A stretch of 64,000 bases of DNA from an uncultured Acidobacteriota bacterium. Lineage in GTDB: Bacteria > Acidobacteriota > Thermoanaerobaculia > Multivoradales > UBA5704. Each line of letters begins with the position of its first letter. Position 1 is the first letter of the stretch. Shown here piece by piece: positions 58,518 to 64,000 of the stretch. Location of the stretch: NCBI GenBank assembly GCA_963700145.1, contig OY969474.1, positions 3,968,001-4,032,000 of the forward strand, read 5' to 3'. The position numbers were made by a program, and so were the translations under genes. The notes beneath the pieces were generated by a model, which saw nothing but the letters and a program-made list of their open reading frames with translations, searched no databases and was not told the DNA's origin.

Positions 58518-61500
58518 TTACTTGACCACGAACCGCCGCGTTTCACTTTCGGTCAATCCGCCCTTGCCATCCTCCACGATCACTTTCCAGAAATACGATC
58601 TCCCCGATTTCAGGGCGGCTCCGGATGGAGTGCTCCTGGCCGTTCTCTCCAGCATTCCGGGCTTGGATTTCTTCAGTATTCCGAGCTTGGATCTCTTCAG
58701 CCATCCGAGCTTGGACCGTTCAACCGTGATCGGTTTGGGGTCGCAGTCGTTCAGCGTGAACTGCCTTTCGATGGGCCAGATGCACTGTCTGTACGTCACG
58801 CCTTTGCTTTCCCGATCGGCCGCTTCGCTGAAGGTGAAGGGCACGGGCTGTGGGAGCTCCGCGCGGTCTGCGGGGAAGTCGAGCTTCGGCGGGTCGGGAA
58901 ATCGATTGCGCTCGCTCTGCTCGGTCTCGGCGTACGCCTTCGCGAACCCGGTCTCGCCAGTCACCATGACGTCCTGGATGCAGTTGTTCCTGCGGTTCTT
59001 GTCGGCGATGTTGCCGCAGAATTGTTCTGCGGTCCTCTCATCCAGCGGCTTCTGCGGCGCCGGTCCCGGCGGGATTCCCGCAGTCGGAGGCACGTCGCAG
59101 AGCGTGGGATTCTCTTCCGGCCATTTTTCGATCGTGAACGTCGCTGTGGACGTGCCGGGCGCGTAATCGAAGAGAGATGTCGCGGACGTCACGCGCCATG
59201 CCTTCTCGAACTTCTCGTACAAGTCGACATACCGCTGGTGCAGGCTCGCCGGCCGCGGGCCGAGCTGCGTTCCGTCCGGCAGCGCGGGCAGCCAGTTGTT
59301 CGGAGCGATCGCGCCCATGACTCCTTCCGTTGCGCGCGACTGCCGTACGTTGATGTTCATGTACCAGAGCTGACGATGGTCCCACCAGTTCGACGTGATG
59401 TTGATGACCGTCCCGCCGGGCGTATCGATCTGCAGGTTCGCGCCGGGCGACGCGCGGAAAACGCGGCCTCCTGAGGGAAGCCGGATCTCGCCGCCACCGA
59501 GGGTAGTGAGCTCGCCGTCGATGCGCAGTTCGGGACCGCGCTCGTTGGACTGTCCTTCGCGCGGGGGCTGGTACGTGATCCGATGTGGATCCACGCGCAC
59601 GGCTGCGGCGGGCTGGTACGTGATCCGATGCGGACCCACGCGCACGGCCGCGGCGGTGTTGATGCTGACGCAGGAGCTGAGGCCGGTATGCGCGTTGGGA
59701 GGAAGAGGCTCGCCCGTCGGGACCGCGGTCTGGCGCGTCTGGATCTCCACACCGAGATCGCGCAACAAGACGAATTCGCCCGCGCTCTGGAAGTCATAAT
59801 GAACGCCGTCAATCGTCTGAATGTGCGGATCCCCCTCGGTGTAGTTGGCGCCGCCGACGATCCATCGCTTGATCGTTTCAATGTCCGCCTTGCTGAGCGC
59901 AGGGCCGCCACACGGCATCATCCCCGTGCCGCTCGGCGGGCACGTTTCATCCGTGCGCGTAATGAATCGGTAAATGGGGCCCATCAGCGACGTCGACCTC
60001 GGCTGCGCGATGTCGTACGGCCGTCTCATCGGCGATGTTCCCGCCGGAGGGATTTCTTGTTCGGCCAGGTTCAACGTCGTGTCAACATTCTCATACGGCG
60101 GATAGCGCAGGTCGCCGTGACACTCGATGCAGCTCTTATTGAAGATCCTCTGCACGTCGGTGTAAGTGGGCGGATCGGCGGCGCCGGGCAATGATCCAAG
60201 CGAGGTGTTGACTAGAGGAATCACCACTGCGCAGGTCGTGGAAGTCCCGAGGCCGAGGCTCGTTCGCATTTCCGAGATCAGACGGTTGCGGTACGAGCCG
60301 AAGACGTCCGCGAAGGTGTAGGTGCGCGAACGGCCGCGGACTCCCATCGACCATTTATCGACAGATACGCCCAAAGGCTCCAGGAAGTAGCGAAACAGAG
60401 CCATCTTGTTCGTATTGGAGGTGTAGTCCTCACGATCGATGTAGAGACCGTTCATCACCATTGTGGTATCGCCGGGGAAGACCTCGAGCGGCCGCTGAAA
60501 GACCTCCCGTCGAACGCGGGGTGTATCCACGGTTGCCGTCGGGTCATATTGCTGGAGCAGTCCATTCTCCGAGGGAGGATCCATCAGATAAGGGTCGATC
60601 CTTCGGTCGAGAGCCATCTTCTGAATGTCCGCTTTCCTGCGGGGAAGGCTCACGGCGCTCTCTCTCGTATCGTTCACCAGGTCATTGATCCCGGTGATTC
60701 CGTTACGGGAATTGAAGAAGCCGAAGTCGACACTGAGCGCCGGCGTGCTCGTGATCGAGCCGCTGCCAGCCGGATTGATAGTCAGACAACTCATGGCGAT
60801 CGCCAGCGTGATCGGGCGGACGTCGATGCCGACGCTTCCCGTCGCAAAGCGGTGATCGATGAGCTCATCGGCGATTCGTTGGGGATTGAGATCGCCGTCC
60901 AGTCCGCCAAGGAGGTCGAAGAACTGGACCCCGCGACCCTCATCGAGATCCGGCCTCGAATAGTCGTCATTCAGGACGGCATCGGCCGGTGGGGGCTCAG
61001 GACTCTCGTGGCGCAGCGTGGCGTATCTGCCACCCTGCGTGACCGTCGACGGGGCAGTACTTGGCCCGCCGAAGTTGTAGCCACTCGTCGCCGTCGAGGT
61101 AGTGATCGCCGGCATTGAGTCGAATCCGAAGACGATGTGCCCGGTGTCTGTCGTGCTCGTGAGATTGCGCGTGATGCGGTGTGGACTCGTGGAGGAAACC
61201 CACGATGCCTGGAGCTGCAACTGCTCGAGGATCTGGCGGATGCTGTCGTTCTCCGCGCTGTTGCGCCAGTTCCAGAGATTGAAGATGCGACGGAATGCGA
61301 CCGCCTCCACCGAGCCCTGATAAATGCGGTCACGATTGAACGGCGTCATCCCACCCCAACTGTCGTAGGCATCCCAGTTCGGCTTGTTCTTGAACTTGAC
61401 GCCTCCCGGCGGGCCGCTGGTGCCGTTGGAGGTGGTGCGATTGAGCACGTTTCTCGTCGAATGGCATTTCGAACATTTGTCGTCGTCGATTGACACGCCG

Positions 61501-62213
61501 CGGCTTCTCGCCGGGATCGTGCTGGGAGCCGGCATCGCCAGGATGTCGGCGACGATGATTTCGTGGAAGCGGAAGTTCTTCTGAGTGGCGTCCCACTGCA
61601 TGTACTCGATGGCATTGGGATGCGCGCCGGGATAGGAGCTGTGCGGCGTCATTCCGATGGTGAACGTGAAGCGCGCGTCGTCGCTCGGCATGAGGATGCG
61701 AGGCGTGCGCGCGGTGCCGGTCTGCAGGCTTTCCGAGCGCGACATCAGGATCCAGTTCTGCCGGAAGTCGGCCCGCAGTGCGGCGATGAAGCGCGCCGGC
61801 GTGTTGATCTCCGGATGCGCCGTCAGGTAGGCCTGCAGCCCCGTCGCGCCATCGGGAGCGAAGTCCGTGATCGTCGTGATTGCCGTGTTCCATTGGAAAT
61901 TGGCGGTTACGGCGCGGGCCACGGTCATCGACACTGTACAGGTTCCGGTTCCTGAACAATCTCCGCTCCATCCGGTGAAGGTCGAGTCGGCGGCTGCGGT
62001 TGCGGTGAGTATCACCGTGTCTGTGGTCAGGAAGTTTCCGTCGCAGACGGTGCCGCAGTTGATCCCGGTGCCGGTGACGGTTCCGGACCCGAGGCCGGTC
62101 TTCAACACCAGCAGCGGGGGATCATCGGGCTGTGCGACGATCGCGAATGCAATCAACAAAAGGCCGAGGGTGAACGCGTAGGCGACGCGCGGCGGAGTTG
62201 CTGCGATCTTCAT
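58518..62213 (-). CDS. Secreted 1231-aa protein: InlB B-repeat-like domain, two CxxCH haem motifs, VWD domain
   Basis: STFTGWSGDC..C; CSKCH (61461-61475); CIECH (60117-60131) with MP...L...I.RWI; GDPH..T.DG..YDFQ..GEF. Confidence 0.8.
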   Translation of the reverse strand: MKIAATPPRVAYAFTLGLLLIAFAIVAQPDDPPLLVLKTGLGSGTVTGTGINCGTVCDGNFLTTDTVILTATAAADSTFTGWSGDCSGTGTCTVSMTVARAVTANFQWNTAITTITDFAPDGATGLQAYLTAHPEINTPARFIAALRADFRQNWILMSRSESLQTGTARTPRILMPSDDARFTFTIGMTPHSSYPGAHPNAIEYMQWDATQKNFRFHEIIVADILAMPAPSTIPARSRGVSIDDDKCSKCHSTRNVLNRTTSNGTSGPPGGVKFKNKPNWDAYDSWGGMTPFNRDRIYQGSVEAVAFRRIFNLWNWRNSAENDSIRQILEQLQLQASWVSSTSPHRITRNLTSTTDTGHIVFGFDSMPAITTSTATSGYNFGGPSTAPSTVTQGGRYATLRHESPEPPPADAVLNDDYSRPDLDEGRGVQFFDLLGGLDGDLNPQRIADELIDHRFATGSVGIDVRPITLAIAMSCLTINPAGSGSITSTPALSVDFGFFNSRNGITGINDLVNDTRESAVSLPRRKADIQKMALDRRIDPYLMDPPSENGLLQQYDPTATVDTPRVRREVFQRPLEVFPGDTTMVMNGLYIDREDYTSNTNKMALFRYFLEPLGVSVDKWSMGVRGRSRTYTFADVFGSYRNRLISEMRTSLGLGTSTTCAVVIPLVNTSLGSLPGAADPPTYTDVQRIFNKSCIECHGDLRYPPYENVDTTLNLAEQEIPPAGTSPMRRPYDIAQPRSTSLMGPIYRFITRTDETCPPSGTGMMPCGGPALSKADIETIKRWIVGGANYTEGDPHIQTIDGVHYDFQSAGEFVLLRDLGVEIQTRQTAVPTGEPLPPNAHTGLSSCVSINTAAAVRVGPHRITYQPAAAVRVDPHRITYQPPREGQSNERGPELRIDGELTTLGGGEIRLPSGGRVFRASPGANLQIDTPGGTVINITSNWWDHRQLWYMNINVRQSRATEGVMGAIAPNNWLPALPDGTQLGPRPASLHQRYVDLYEKFEKAWRVTSATSLFDYAPGTSTATFTIEKWPEENPTLCDVPPTAGIPPGPAPQKPLDERTAEQFCGNIADKNRRNNCIQDVMVTGETGFAKAYAETEQSERNRFPDPPKLDFPADRAELPQPVPFTFSEAADRESKGVTYRQCIWPIERQFTLNDCDPKPITVERSKLGWLKRSKLGILKKSKPGMLERTARSTPSGAALKSGRSYFWKVIVEDGKGGLTESETRRFVVK

Positions 62214-62220
62214 GACGCAC

Positions 62221-62580
62221 CTATTGCTTTCCGGACTCGAGGCCGAGGATCCAGTTCACGAGGCGGGAGATCTCTTCATCGGTGAGGCGTGGGGAGTGCG
62301 GAGGCATGGGGACGCCTCTGGAGATGCGCGTCCAGTTGCCCTTGCCGCCTTTCTTGACGGTCTCGATCAGCCGTTCGGGCGCCTTCGGGTCGCTTTTGTA
62401 TCGCGCGGCGACGTCCGCATAGGCCGGGCCGACGACTTTGTTGTCGACGCTGTGGCACTCGAAGCAGCCGGCCTGTTTCGCCAGCTCGGCGGGAGGCAGC
62501 GTAGCGCTCTCCTGAGCAATGAGTCCTGGAGCAGCACTAATGAGAACACCAAGGGAGATACCGATCCAGCGCGTGTTCAT
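62221..62580 (-). CDS. Class I cytochrome c (c551/c552-like)
   Basis: Signal peptide; CFECH, VGPAY, MPPH; GGAGG SD. Confidence 0.9.
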   Translation of the reverse strand: MNTRWIGISLGVLISAAPGLIAQESATLPPAELAKQAGCFECHSVDNKVVGPAYADVAARYKSDPKAPERLIETVKKGGKGNWTRISRGVPMPPHSPRLTDEEISRLVNWILGLESGKQ

Positions 62581-62808
62581 GCGATCCTCCGTTAAGGACG
62601 CCACGTCGGCGCAGGCGAGCGCCAGCGAAGTGGTTGATCTGTCGGTCCGATCCGGCCATCATCTCAGCTCGATGATCCCCTCTACCCGCCTTAGCAGTCG
62701 TCGCCGTTCAGGGTTTGCCGATGTCGTCGGGCTAAGTGAAGTGATGTCCGTAAAGCAAGCGGGGTCGGCAACTCCTGTGCTAAACGACCGTTTTGCTTCG
62801 CGATCACA

Positions 62809-63237
62809 TCAGCCTAAGCAGTAACCGTTGGCGCTGTTATTTCCCTCATCAGATTCATCTACCACGTTAGTGGAGTCAATGGCGATCGTGAAGTGACAAT
62901 CAGGCTGGTGGCAATTCGCTGGGAAAGCTCCTAAAGCAATCGGTCCGAGATTAAGCGACTCGCCTCTTGTCAGAACAGGCGTGGGCAAGTCGACCACTTG
63001 GTTACCGGTCGGTACGGAAGTGAATGTGACTCTTGTGATTGAGGCTGGCGCATCAGCAAGCCCTTGATTCTTGACTATGACTATCAGCCTGCCGTTATCA
63101 TCCAAGCTGCAGTATGCAACTGGGTCCGTACCCAAATCAGGTAGCTTAACTGCCAGCAGGTCCGGCTTTGAGTCGCAACCGCCGAGAGCAGCGATTGTCG
63201 AAATCCCAAAGAGCAGTAGTAGCGTTTTACCACGCAT
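62809..63237 (-). CDS. CARDB-domain lipoprotein
   Basis: Lipobox LGGC; PDL, VKNQG, DSTNVVDESDEGNN; AAGGAGG SD. Confidence 0.8.
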   Translation of the reverse strand: MRGKTLLLLFGISTIAALGGCDSKPDLLAVKLPDLGTDPVAYCSLDDNGRLIVIVKNQGLADAPASITRVTFTSVPTGNQVVDLPTPVLTRGESLNLGPIALGAFPANCHQPDCHFTIAIDSTNVVDESDEGNNSANGYCLG

Positions 63238-63654
63238 CGCATACCCTCCTTTTGGAATTCAGGTTTCGCGCACAATAACGCACTGCGAGTCATGCCTCTG
63301 TGTCGGAGAGGATAACGCTGGTCGTTGACCATGATGGAGGCTGCCCTCCTTGCCATGCCAATGTCCTGGACAAGTTCCATGCTCTCTACGCGGGGGGTTG
63401 TGGCTCTTCGGGAGCCATTGCATTCGGCAGTCACCATGAAAGCGACAAGGCGCCGAACCTCTGCTTCTACGGATTGGCCGGCTTTCGAACGAGGGGTGGC
63501 ACAGCCGTTCGGCTGTCCGCATATGCTCCTGCTCCGAGAGCGGGCCCATGGCTGCCAGATGCTTGCGCCTCTATAAGTTGCGCGATTATAGCAGGAAAGA
63601 AGCGTCGGCGCGAATGCGGCTCGGAAGGGCCAGCTGCGGAATCCTCCAAGTCTG

Positions 63655-63902
63655 CGGCTAAGGCTTAGGCCGGCAGGCGCTTAGGCGGACGCCGGAGCCG
63701 GCTCCCGCCGGGGCGGGGGCTCCCACGACCTCTGGTGATTGGCGGGCGCGCGGTGCCACGGCGTCGTCTAACCGGCCCTGGCGGATCGAAGCTGGAGCGT
63801 AGGCGGCGGATCGGCGCCGCCTACGCGCCGCTAAAGCCGTGCGCCTGCCCCGTGCGCCGACCACCTGCGAGGAGCTTATGCGGCATGGCTCTGTCGGCTA
63901 AG
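63655..63902. other. Candidate attI-like integrase-binding region downstream of intI
   Basis: Cluster of CTTAGGC/CGGCTAAG/CTTATGCGG boxes and GTTAGAC (minus, 63766-63772). Confidence 0.35.
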
Positions 63903-63925
63903 CACGGACAGGGGTAAGAGCCGCG

Positions 63926-64000
63926 CTACAGAAAGTCCGCCGGGCTGCGCACGCCTCGGCCGCCCTTGTTGAGGACGTGGGTGTAGATCATGGTGGTCTT
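63926..64000 (-). CDS. intI: Integron integrase, C-terminal 24 aa (partial)
   Basis: KTTMIYTHVLNKGGRGVRSPADFL*, the IntI-type TTMIYTHV...GV.SP.D tail with catalytic Tyr. Confidence 0.85.
   Translation of the reverse strand, partial: KTTMIYTHVLNKGGRGVRSPADFL

Noticed and set aside
62590-62808. attC or ncRNA between cytochrome c and CARDB genes
   Set aside because: No paired RYYYAAC/GTTRRRY with an internal stem and no recognisable RNA family

Overview
High-GC bacterial chromosome segment, probably Acidobacteriota (Thermoanaerobaculia-like). That placement is inferred from a paired C-terminal 'LCL.GGRF...FWFF...NLEL.VK.LDGR.VNG.FWV...AF' domain, an Oar-type TonB receptor and a sulfatase-TPR fusion. 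The core backbone is xerC-trmFO, a 5'-nucleotidase, mfd, two PPIases and a co-linear dcw cluster (mraZ to ftsZ, no murB or ddl) with a clear MraZ-box promoter. Visibly lower-GC accessory patches lie at 1-2.1 kb, 34.0-40.9 kb, 42.9-44.8 kb and 58.5-64 kb. The last 75 bp encode the C-terminus of an integron integrase, and about 29 kb away there is an integrase-free cassette cluster with two well-formed attC sites, one carrying an AbiV/HEPN-like gene. The most unusual pattern is that cargo patches are bounded by short, diverged copies of the ends of neighbouring resident genes (two different dinB genes and the 3' end of a secreted-protein gene), which suggests homology-anchored capture of integron-type cargo. 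Other highlights: an XRE-HTH / 12x21-bp palindromic array / small coiled-coil gene module, a second 21-bp array with inverted arms, a copper amine oxidase split over two secreted polypeptides, an SPFH plus triple Zn-ribbon operon lacking PspA, a di-haem cytochrome c-VWD fusion, unlisted small ORFs and recurrent leaderless genes. Several single-base frameshifts are probably sequencing errors. All family assignments come from motif recognition; no database search was run.
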